Assembly (NCBI GenBank): GCA_011109175.1
Contig: RDEW01000059.1
Span: 1 to 33,000 of the forward strand
Source of the DNA: Dicyema japonicum
Lineage: Eukaryota > Animalia > Dicyemida
Length of the DNA stretch: 33,000 nt
Reading direction: 5' to 3'
Both the position numbers and the translations under genes were made by a program. This document shows positions 23,105 to 33,000 of the stretch, piece after piece (within the stretch, counting starts at the first letter, position 1; every line of letters starts with the position of its first letter). The notes below the pieces were generated by a model. The model saw only the letters and a program-made list of their open reading frames with translations, made no database searches and was not told where the DNA came from.

Positions 23105-23760
23105 GGTGTCTTTTAAAGAAACCCATCTTGATACACAACTGGACCAGCATTCTATACAAAAATACTCATTCGACCCTTATGGAAACGGAAGACTTGCATT
23201 TTTGCAGTTTCTTCCTCTCACAGCGGTGCTTAGCTGAAAGCGTTCCCATCATCGTCAATTGGTTTCCTTCTGGAACAGAAGCTCTTCGCAGTAGGATTTC
23301 TATCCATCTCGGGATCGACCTGTGCCGCCTCATCTCTGCCGTTGTGGATCTGTTGTGGACTGCAAAAGCTCTTTTGCCGTTTCAGCAGAGGACGATTCCT
23401 GAGGCATGCAGCAATCAACGGGGTTGTGAAGCGCTTTCTTGAAACGGTTAGATTCCCTGTGTGCCTAAATCATGGAGATAGGAAAAGTCCAGATGGAGTA
23501 CTGTCTTCCCCTTCTCTCGAGGGAAATGCTTGATTTAGGATGGGCCCTGTACAGACACCTTTTCCCAGTCGAGACTTGCTAGTTACGCGTTGAACGATGG
23601 GGAGGCTGTTCGGACTTTCGAGAATTTAAAGATAAAAAAATACGATAATTGCTTTACAATATTCCATGTTCAACCCATTTTAGTCGAGACGAGTGGAGTC
23701 TTCGGGCCCAAAGACTGTCTCTTTTCTAAGATCGATTGGGTCAGTGATTTCCAAACTTAG
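23105..23760 (+). mobile_element. CRE-clade-like non-LTR element, C-terminal CCHC + RLE region, degenerate
   Basis: Across frameshifts: KAFPSSSIG, ALRSRISIHLG, PHLCRCG, SRGRFLRHAAINGVVKR, GDRKSPDG, FSRGKCLI.D, KKYD..VETSGVFGP. Confidence 0.8.
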
Positions 23761-23931
23761 CAATGAGCGCGGGACTCCGAATGGTTGTTCTAACGGATTT
23801 CTCTGGCAGTTATCAGGGGAAACAGCCTATCAGCTGGATTATTTTGATTGGTTTGTTACGTAATAAATTGTTTTTAATTTATAAAAAATTTAAACTATTT
23901 AACTACGTTTTATTTAATAGCAATAAATATT

Positions 23932-26645
23932 TTATTTGTCAGGATTACGCCAAATCATTGTTTTCAACTGTCTCTCAGCAGTTTCCCTTCTCTAGAGATT
24001 ATCTTAATATTTACCAATCTATCAATCCTTCTGATGAACAATAAGGCTTTTCCTATAACTCTGAAATATCCCACGTAATTTCTGTAAAAAACCGGAGTTT
24101 CAGGTTCCGACATTACCAGATCATAAATTTTCTGTTACTTAAAAGATATAGCTACTTGACTGGCAAAGTGCATTCTCCTACTCTTCCATATGCTCCCCGA
24201 AGGGAGATTACGGATCAACAGTATGAAATACTTGTGAAAGAATATTTCCACCGCAAAGATCAAAGAACAGAAAATTAAAGATCCTCCCAACAAAATAAAA
24301 CTTCCAAAATGATGACGTGGGGATATTTCCGTGACTCTGATAGAAAAGTCAATCTCACAGTGCTCATCAACAAAGTATTTCTCCATCAGTGCAATCACTG
24401 CGTTCGTTCGCCATAGTCTATCCATTACTTCTTTGATTTTTTCCTGAAATTTCACCAAATGTCAACATGGTAATTTGAATCACGTGGAATCCCAAATCCG
24501 TATCGTGTCTTTGACATTCTCCCGTTGATAATCAAATCACAGCGAGAATTGATTTTCGGAATCTTTGTGTATATTTCTTCGTTCAGAATATAATCGATTA
24601 GTCCATTTCTATAAATAAAAATAAGTCTTTCCTGAGATTGCCGAATCCTTCAACATTGCTTTCATATTCCACAAATTGGTTGTTCACAAAGGTGGCGGAC
24701 AGAGATGACCCCTTGAGTACTCCAATCTTCACTGAAGGGTTTTTCTAATATATTATACAGGTAAAACAAATATTTTGTCAATATCAGTTTCTGAGTGGTT
24801 GTCGGCAGCCATAATGGCCGTTAGGAGTGCTGTGTAGTAGGCCATTATAATAAATGCGGAAAAGGCCCAAAACGTTTGAAGAAATCTTGCAGATACAGAC
24901 TTTGGACTTTTTGATGTGAGGGAATTCATAGTCAATACGGATATAATAGTAGTGAAAGCAGAACCTTTAATTATAAAATGAGGTACCGATCGCATATATC
25001 CTCTTAGTACTGTTGTAACCTCGTCCAAATGGACTCATCCACTCAAAGGCAGCTGTTGTAAAAATGAGGATGAAGATAAATGATATTATGATCACCCATA
25101 CGTCAATTTTGAAAGGGAAGAAGACTACCCCCAAGGAAGGGATGTGTCCTTTGTTCGCGGAAATTAGAGAATCAACAGTGCTGATTCCAATTGAAATAAA
25201 GTCAACGTACTAAAGTGAGAAAACGGTCAACTTGTAGTCTTTCTGTGGAAATGGTTAGAGAAGCGACAGCCAAGTCTGCTCTGTCATCAACAAGTTCGCC
25301 AATCAAACCGTTCCATCGACCGTTTATTAAAACTCCGTAACTGGGGTCACTCAGAAAGTAAACTTGGACATTTCTATGATAAACTGAATATTTACGTCAT
25401 TTGATTTTGCTGAATTATTTCAATAAGAATTTGAATCAACATTCCGTGACAACAATAAATTTTGTATAATTTTCCAACAAGCATTTTGTCAGTCGTAAAG
25501 TCATTAAATGAACTATCTACTGATGAATTACCGATTATTTGAAGACAGACAAACCCAGCATGACAGAATTTAATATCTGATAAATCAGTAACCATCACAA
25601 AGGGCTCGTCAACCCTCACCACGACTCGGAAAGGCAATGAACTTTCTAACATTCTGTAAACCGTCACGTTTTGTCCGGAAACGTAGGGAATTGGGGATGT
25701 GGTTACTGTCCCGTATAATTGAGACTCCACCTGTTTGAATATTAGACGGTAAAAGAATATCCCCAATAATGTTTGTTGAGAATACTCATGCAAGGACTTT
25801 GTAATACTGAAATATAAAATATATATACTTTACACTAGAGATTTGGTGAAATATTATATTAGGAGGTGGTGACTCTTTGAGGTAATCAAGGGAGAGGACA
25901 TTCTGGTAAGATGACTTTTCTTGTGTAGTAAAATTTCCTTTGGCAGAAATCAGTATAATATTTTGGTGGTTATACATGTTCTTTATGTAGAAGAGGATAT
26001 CGAAGATAAACTGATCCCTGACATATAAAACGACGACTGGCTTCGAACTCTCAACAATAATATTCAAGTCGAGTTCATCGTAGTTCTCTAAACTGGTTTT
26101 TAGTCGAATAATCTGCAAGTAAATGTTATTCCGTCTATGGTAGTCCGCCAACCCAAACACAAACTGATCCTCCTCGTCATCGATAATCAAAAAGACTTGC
26201 ATAGAATTATAGTCTCCCAAAAAGTACTTTACTCCTGCTAAAATGTGTTTTGTCTGGGGATTAATTATCCGTAACCGTTCGTCCTACAACAATTAGCAAA
26301 CTCATGGAATACATCGAATATAGGAACAAAAGGATCCTCTCGGAGATCACATATTATTTTTACGGATTTGTTTAGTGAAGACGTGAATAGTCTGAGAGCG
26401 AGGGGACCTCCTGCATAAAATGCTGTAATGGGAAGATTATATTTCTCCACAAAGACATCCACTTGCCTAGCCTTCGTCATTACTCTGTCGAGGCTGCCAT
26501 CTGTTATGACAAAAGTTTGTTCTGATGAGTTATGAGGTGATGTGGGGAACGTCACCGAGTGATCAAATATGAAGATGTTTTTTGGAATTATCACTGATAG
26601 ATATGTCAATTCCATTTTGATTAAAACCGACAGAAAAAGGAACAT
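23932..26645 (-). CDS. GRIN3: NMDA-type ionotropic glutamate/glycine receptor subunit, GluN3-like, about 11 exons
   Basis: Introns of 22-29 nt yield ATD, S1 (RVVVRVDEPFVMV..FCHAGFVCL..CCHG; RWNGLIGELV; ASLTISTER), M1 FEWMSPFG, M2-M3 SPKSVSARFLQTFWA..YYTALLTAI, S2 (KGSS; LIDYILNE; YGFGIP), M4 and HFASQ|KIY (cf. GluN3B LHTSQKIH). The extreme C-terminal exons are tentative. Confidence 0.88.
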
Positions 26646-26959
26646 TACTTACAAGTTTATCGGATTGTCGCCAATTTATATAATTAGTATTGACTGGGCT
26701 AATAATAAGTCTATGAACTTTGGATTTTGACATTTTCGATTATTTTATGGTTTTTGGTTAACACATAATAATGTCTATTCCATGGACGACCTCGATTGAC
26801 TGCGGAGACGTGTGAGGAGGAAAGTTACATAAAGAAACTGGTTGAACGGATATTAAATACCACGGCATAAGGGAACCATAAGTATTCATGTGCTTATGGG
26901 CAACGGTAGAGTGCATTTAACGATGTACTTAATAAAGTGGGCTGATCACCAAAATAGAT

Positions 26960-27200
26960 GTCAACGGCAGCAACAAAGACGAACGCCTTCTGTATGTTGA
27001 TTAATTCTGGAGTCAGTTAGTGAGTTTTCTCATTGAATAAATCTGTGATAAATTGGCAAACCAAGTGAATCGTGAAAGGTAGCTTTTACTTGAAAACCTA
27101 AGTGTTTATGATGTATAGCAGAGACACAATACAGTGGTGAGGTGTAATTAAATAATGGCCTGTCCACATCATGAAGATTAAAGAGTCATGGCACAATTTT
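26960..27200 (-). mobile_element. Degraded Jockey/I-like RT relic
   Basis: QFITDLFNEK..INIQKAF aligns with QFISKEFNEP..VIQKAF at about 4220-4290. Confidence 0.5.
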
Positions 27201-27519
27201 TACTCTTTATTGTTTCGCATGTAGGGAATAGAATAATTTTTTTTATTCTGAATTGCTTCGCATGTAGGAAGTGGTTGATTGCGACATAATGATTTATTAG
27301 TCTGTTCACGTGTTTCATGAAAACTGTGGGAGACTATGGGGTTCATCGCTGTCATACTCGCCACTAAGACTGCTGATAATTCCTAACGTTTCAATTCTGC
27401 ATTCTTTTGCGGTGGTGTTATCTCCGATACCGTCACTTCATATAAGGTGATTTGGAAAAATTGATCGTCTTGAAAAATAATCAAACCTCATGAAATTATC
27501 CCATTCAGAGAATAGTGAT

Positions 27520-28000
27520 TAACATCCATTTCAAGTCTCATATTGTGGATAGAATTTTTAACAACCGTCTATCTTGTACAACACCATAAATTTATATTCT
27601 TGAGTTTAATCTCCTAACGGAGTTCCTAGTTCTTTCTCCTACCTTATTAAACTTGTACCTAAACGATATTCCAATCGATTCTAAGACACTTCTATCAAAT
27701 GCGGATGACCTAATTATCGCGTCTAAAGACAAAAACGTTGACGAAGGAAATTCAGAATCACTTAAACACTCTCTAAGAGTGACTTAGAGCAAATCACCTA
27801 TCCCTCTCTCCATCGAAATCTATATTCACGTCAAACCGTCATCAGCTAAATTTTCAACAAATTTTAATAATTCATGGACGAACACTCCCCGTTACGAAAC
27901 ATCCCAAAATACATGGAGTCATTTTCAACCAACTAACTTTCTCGAAACATGTGTAGGAACAATTTACAAAGGCCTCTAATAATATTTTTAATTGTATTAC
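27520..28000 (+). mobile_element. Degraded Jockey/I-like RT relic
   Basis: VLSPTLLNLYLNDIP..NADDLIIASKDKNV, matching the 3790-4965 family. Confidence 0.7.
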
Positions 28001-28289
28001 GCAGCATTAGCCCACTTGTAATTTTATTGAATTATGATACGATCATGTCGCTATTATTTATTTATCTACCCCCGATCCCTTCAAGTAACTACCAATGATG
28101 GACGTTCGTTGGATTTTAAGCCTTCAAAAATTGGAAGGGGGTCCAGGGTTTTGCCCAAAGTCTCCGCAGAGGATCAATAGAAAGAACTTGGAACGTAAGC
28201 TTGGCGATTGTCCCATAGCCCCTACCAGGCAAACTAATAAAAAGTTACTTGGCAGGGGGGAGAAGTTGTAAAGACAAATTTAATTTTTA

Positions 28290-29140
28290 ATTTATTTAAC
28301 CCCAAGACCACCAGGATAGATAGATCAAAACTAACTAATTAGGTGATTCCAGCCTCCAAAAACATCCGAACTCTCTTCATTTGGTCTTCTGATGACCCAA
28401 CCGCATTCCGGAAGCGCCTTCTCTTCCTTCTGCAAAGGAATTCAATCGGCGTGCACTTTTTTATTACCGTCGATAATTCCTCTGCATGGGCCACCTTTTC
28501 CTTGAATGGGTTTCCCAGTTCCTTGCAGAAACGTAAGAAACCTTGGCCATTCTTCAACGTTGCTTCATCAGAAACGAGGCCGCCAATGGGGATGTCCGTG
28601 TGGTGCATAATTTTCAGCCTGAGGGAGTTCAAATGGTCCACTCTCGAAAGGGAAATCGCAGGCATATTTAATGGTCGATGTGATTACTTGTTGATAGACC
28701 TTGCTGGTGCAATCAGCCGGGGGAAAGGGCTCTTCTTTGTCATCGCATTCAGAATGTTCCATTTCCAAAGACCCTTGGCGAGCACCTCCTCCACGTGATT
28801 CTAGAACGTCAACAGAGAGTCGAAAACTACACCAAAGATCTTCTGTGTCCGCGTAGAAGGGATGGGAGTGTTTCCGAGGGATATCTCAATATTACCTTTA
28901 AACCTTCTGTCCGTAGTGAATAATGTGAACTGAGACTTGGATGCTAATATACATAACATATTTACAGATAGCCAGTCACAAATTCGGTTTAGGTGTGTCT
29001 GAACAGTTGCTACAGCACGGAATATGATTTATCTCTTGCAGCGATAATTAGGTCGTCCGCATGGGATAAAAACATAGTGTCCTGGTCATAGGTAGTAGGT
29101 AAGTCATGTAGAAATAGGTTGAAAAGGAAAAGATAAAAGG
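28290..29140 (-). mobile_element. Jockey/I-like LINE, 5'-truncated, RT C-terminus through 3' tail
   Basis: FNLFLHDLP..SHADDLIIAAR, KSQFTLFTTD, KIFGVVFDSLLTF, then the 3' UTR ending ggggttaaataaattaaaaatt. Confidence 0.85.
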
Positions 29141-29264
29141 GAGGAGAATGACGTATTATTAACGGATGTGAGTATTAAAATATAAGTTGATAATATATAT
29201 TCAGTAAATTAAAATAATCAGATAAAATCACAAAACCAAATATTTAAAATTACGTGTTTTGATC

Positions 29265-30145
29265 ATGTGGGACATACATTCGCTAATAAATAACTACGAG
29301 GATGCAATAGACAATGTATATTACACCAGTTTTACATTAGGTACTAAGAAGATTCCGAAAAGTCATCCCCACGCTCGCTAGGATTCTACTTTTGGCTACC
29401 TTCGTGGAGGATTCACTTAGGATGATTTTCAAATACTCCGATCAAAAGAGATACTTTATGTACATCTGGAGAATCGGCGCGTTTTCTGCTGGGATCATTA
29501 TCCTCATCAATTTTGCCACTCAAATTGTGCCAACAGTGATGATCCTCACTAGGAAGAGGATCCACCTGGCGTGTGGGATCTTCACATTCAACATTTTATA
29601 TCAGGTTGGGGTTTATTACTATTATAGCACGTGGTGTACCTTATGAGGATGTTTTCACTGTTTAAGACCATTTCCCTTTGCGGGTAACTTTTCTCCTGTT
29701 TGCTGAGTCATTTGTTGAGGTTCGTCACAATGTGGCTGGTCTCCCTGAACTTCATTCAAACAACAAGCCAAAGGAATACTTTAAGGTAGCAGGACGAGTC
29801 TTTGTGGTGTTCATTATGATCAGTTTGATTGACTTTAGAAATTTCTACAGCTATGTATGGTGGTGGTTTTAACATAAGGCAATTATGACCTCCCTCTGCT
29901 TTATTCCATCTATTATGGTTATTGTTGGATATAGAGCTAAATTGGCTTCCTCCATTCTGTCGGTTGTTGTGTTTTTGAATATGTTCTTTGCTTATCCTTT
30001 CTGGATGCCTGGACTCAAATCTTCATTGTCTGAATATTACGCCTTTGAGTTCTTTCAGAGTATGACAGGACTAGGAGGGTTCCTCATTCTGGTGGCTCAT
30101 GGACCTGGAGGATTTAGTCTTGATGAGTATAAAAAATTGGATTGA
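29265..30145 (+). CDS. SURF4: Surfeit locus protein 4 (ER cargo receptor)
   Basis: Introns of 25 nt (29316-29340), 23 nt and 24 nt; PTLARILLLATFVEDSLRM, LLFAES, GRVFVVF, VGYRAKL, FEFFQSMTGLGGFLILVAHGPGGFSLDEYKKLD (KKxx end); one extra G is needed at 29682-29684. Confidence 0.93.
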
Positions 30146-30918
30146 TTATTAATATATTTTGGTTACTTGTCTTTTTGGTGGGGTTTTATTAGGAGATTTA
30201 TATTAATACACACGGTTTTTGAGACTGCCTCTACGATTTGTATGGAAATGCATCATCCTTCTCGGCTGTTCTACTCATTTTTCCTAACAACGATGGCACT
30301 TGGCTCCTAAATACTTAAGGCTTCACTAAGGAAATTTTAAAAGAACATTTCTTTACTCGTTTTTGATGGCTACAACCAAATAAATGAGACAGTCTAATGA
30401 TATTAACGTGAGAAAACTAAATAGGACAATATGTAAGCAAATGTACTGAGATGATATGAACATCAAGTCAAACCTTTGTGCAATTGTTTCATTCAGTTTA
30501 TTAAAGCAAGTTTCCTATACTTTAATACTCATTTTTAAATTTGTAGGTATAAGGAATCAATATTCCATACCTAAGTGTTCAGATCACACTAATCTCTGGG
30601 GTTTATCCAGTTAATAATTCAATAAAAATGTCAACAATTTTAATTAATAATTCAATCAATAATTCATATTAAGTTAGAATCATCCACCAATCCCATGTCA
30701 TCGTTTTAATGAGTCGTCCTATGTGATCAACTCATTCTATTCGTATATTCAAAGGCGTTACTAGAGGTGACAGCTGATCCAAGCGTTCACTTTATTAAGT
30801 TATACTCACTTTTTTCTCTATTATTTTATCATAGATTTGATCGACTGTTAGCGATAAATGTGTTCTGTTGACAGCCCTTAAGAATTCGAGCACACGGGTT
30901 TTAATCGATGGCAGGTGC

Positions 30919-30950
30919 CTGTTCGCTGTGAACGCTGTTCGCTGTGAACG
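30919..30950. repeat. Perfect 16-bp tandem duplication
   Basis: ctgttcgctgtgaacg x2. Confidence 0.9.
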
Positions 30951-31299
30951 TTCTTTTCAAGGTTAAATAGGTAATACTTTTCTGACAGCAAAGCCATTGA
31001 ACATTGATGTAAATGATTTTTTTGTTTATTGTTTAATAAATTAATATACACACCTCACTAGATATTTTATTTATTAATTCTCATATATGACAACATCTAT
31101 TTCTTCTCTTTTCCCATCCAATGGAATTTTCTTGGATTTGCCACATTCCAAGATAAATTATTGATAAGATTAACGATTTTCACGAATTCGCAAAACTAAA
31201 TTATATTCCAATTGATTTTAAAAAATGCACTTTTATGCAGAGTCATAGTATCTATATCTACTCAGACATGACTCACACTTTAAGTACAGAAAATTATAA

Positions 31300-31490
31300 C
31301 TTATCGTAGAGGAAGAACCAATGAGTTGGGTGTATGTCCTTTATAGACAATCCGATTCCGCAGTGAAATGTTCACTGATGACGGCGTCACTCGTCAAGCC
31401 AAAGATTCTAAATGCGTGCTCGAACGAAATTTGAAGCCGTGGAATTCGAACTAGGAACCAGGGCACTCAGCCGACACTCGTTACACTTAA
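31300..31490 (-). mobile_element. tRNA-derived SINE, diverged copy C
   Basis: Reverse complement has B box GTTCGAATTCC and core TTGACGAGTGACGCCGTCATCAGTGAACATTTCACTGCGGAATCGGATTGTC. Confidence 0.8.
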
Positions 31491-31700
31491 TTATCAGGAT
31501 TAACATAAATGGATGTGAAAATAGAATGACTGACGGATGTACCAATATTCACAACAAATCCATAAGTAATGCCATCCTTGAGTTGATTATAATTTCTGCA
31601 TTTCTGTAATCGTTTTTTTCAAACACAAAATATTGAATTTAATAAGCTTTACAAGTCAACTCGATTTATTTTAAATTAAAAGTATTAGTAAACTGTTGAG

Positions 31701-33000
31701 TCAAAAATTAAATTGTGGATTTCCAAAACCAACCTTTTCTTGCATTTCCGTCACTTCATTGTGTAGTTTTTCATGTTCCCCCAATCCCAACTAAAATAAA
31801 TAAATAAAAAACCCTTATAGCATATTTGAAGGTCTGTTCAGCCTCCAATCTCCTCTCCATTCCGAGACAAATCAAACAAAGGTAACTCCACACCATAAAG
31901 TCAAGACTGTTTAAACAGTTTGCTTCACAAAGTGCCATCTCAGCTTCCTCTAATTCTCCAATCTGTTAAATTAACGTAATCCAAACTCTATAACAGCTAA
32001 TTCCCAAACCAAGCCATGTTATATGTGTTGGATTCTCTTGTGTTGCTAGTTTATAATTATATTTTGCCTCAGTGAACTTACCCTCAGCCAAATAAATCTC
32101 CCCCAATCTTAATAGTACTGCATGTTGGTCTTTCTTTTCCCCCATCATATCAATATATCGGTTATAGGCTTCTACGGCTTCTTCATTCCTCCCTCTTTCA
32201 CAGTAGCTGTGACCAATCAATGCCCAAATGTCAGGTTCTTCGAACAAGTCAACAAGCCAATCTCTCACAAGTTTGTCGAACTCATCGTAATTTTGTCTGA
32301 ATAAAGTGATTCGGCAAAATAAAATATTATATGCAATTGATTTCTCACCAAATATTTTTGACATCGATTTTTCTGCATACTAACCTACTTTAAACAAAAA
32401 TACTAAAATCAGATTCAACGAGAACAAGTACTCAGCAGCAAACAGGAACCCCTGATTATTCGACAAATCTAGTTCTTCACTTTGTTCCATCCTTATGCTA
32501 TCATGACTCGACTTTTTACTAGATGAATCTTGCGAAACTAATAATCAGTTTAAATAAACTTTCACAACACTTTTGTTTGTTAGCGTTCCTCAAGGCGTGA
32601 CGGAAGGCCATCTCAGCCTTTAGGTCGTTCCCATTCTGTTCGTATACAAGACCTAATGAATTTCGCATACAATGGAACCGATAATAATTAAGGAAATGTT
32701 GTTTTCTGGATTCAATTCTACGTTGTATTCCATAATCTCTTCAGCTCTATTGTAGTTGCCCAAAAGTGCTGATAAAATTGCAGAAAATATTTGTCCGTCA
32801 TAATTTGTGTGATCATGAAAGAGGGACTCTTCCGAATAGTACAATGCCCCCTCGAAGTCTTCCTTTCTTAACGAAACACTTGCAAGCCTCAACCAGTGAC
32901 TTGCGGATGCTGTAAGACGTGATAAAATCTGTCGGAGATATTCTGAGGCTAATTCAAGTCTTTTTAGTGAAATGGCCTCGTCGGTGAAAAATTCTAGCTG
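31701..33000 (-). CDS. CFAP70: Cilia- and flagella-associated protein 70 (TTC18), TPR region, 5'-partial
   Basis: Introns of 26, 22, 24, 24 and 22 nt; KAEMAF, LLRLGEIYL, TWLGLGISCYR|IGELEEAEMALCEANCLN..VWSYL..LEAEQTFKY..EKVGFGNPQF (cf. human [37 protein letters not shown]). Confidence 0.92.

Noticed and set aside
30200-30400. LTR-retrotransposon RT relic (FDGYNQI)
   Set aside because: Only one short motif, with neighbouring motifs missing or out of order
31372-31398. Hammerhead ribozyme suggested by CTGATGA on the SINE antisense strand
   Set aside because: The required GAAA after stem II is absent (TCAA instead), and no stems I/III with an NUH cleavage site were found
9828-33000. Stop-codon reassignment (TAA/TAG read-through) to explain broken ORFs
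   Set aside because: Nearly all in-frame stops fall inside tiny GT-AG introns, and genes end normally at TAA, TAG or TGA
1-33000. CRISPR arrays, operons, rRNA or other prokaryotic systems
   Set aside because: No regularly spaced repeats, no rRNA-like sequence, and the genes are intron-containing metazoan genes

Overview
AT-rich eukaryotic (metazoan) genomic DNA. Host genes are split by ultra-short spliceosomal introns (about 40-45 modelled by hand, 21-29 nt, mostly 22-24 nt), so the ORF track misses or fragments most of them. Reconstructed genes: tetraspanin (-), PH-domain sesquipedalian/PHETA (+), a miniature PEAK1/Pragmin-like pseudokinase (-), MAGUK MPP5/PALS1 (-), DRC12/CCDC153 (-), an NMDA-type GluN3-like ionotropic receptor (-), SURF4 (+) and the 3' part of CFAP70 (-). 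Tiny introns, animal polarity/signalling genes and motile-cilium genes together fit a dicyemid mesozoan best (inference, not proven). Roughly 40% of the window is intergenic transposon debris: RTE-like, Jockey/I-like, R4/Dong-like and CRE-like non-LTR retroelements, a Tigger/pogo transposase and a tRNA-derived SINE family with a conserved double-hairpin core. Best leads: the GluN3-like receptor with altered pore/gate residues, a non-canonical GA-AG 23-nt intron in it, the minimal PEAK pseudokinase, and the structured SINE with a LINE-tail/SINE junction. Several one-base frameshifts at homopolymers look like assembly errors. All family assignments come from my recollection of motifs, not from database searches.
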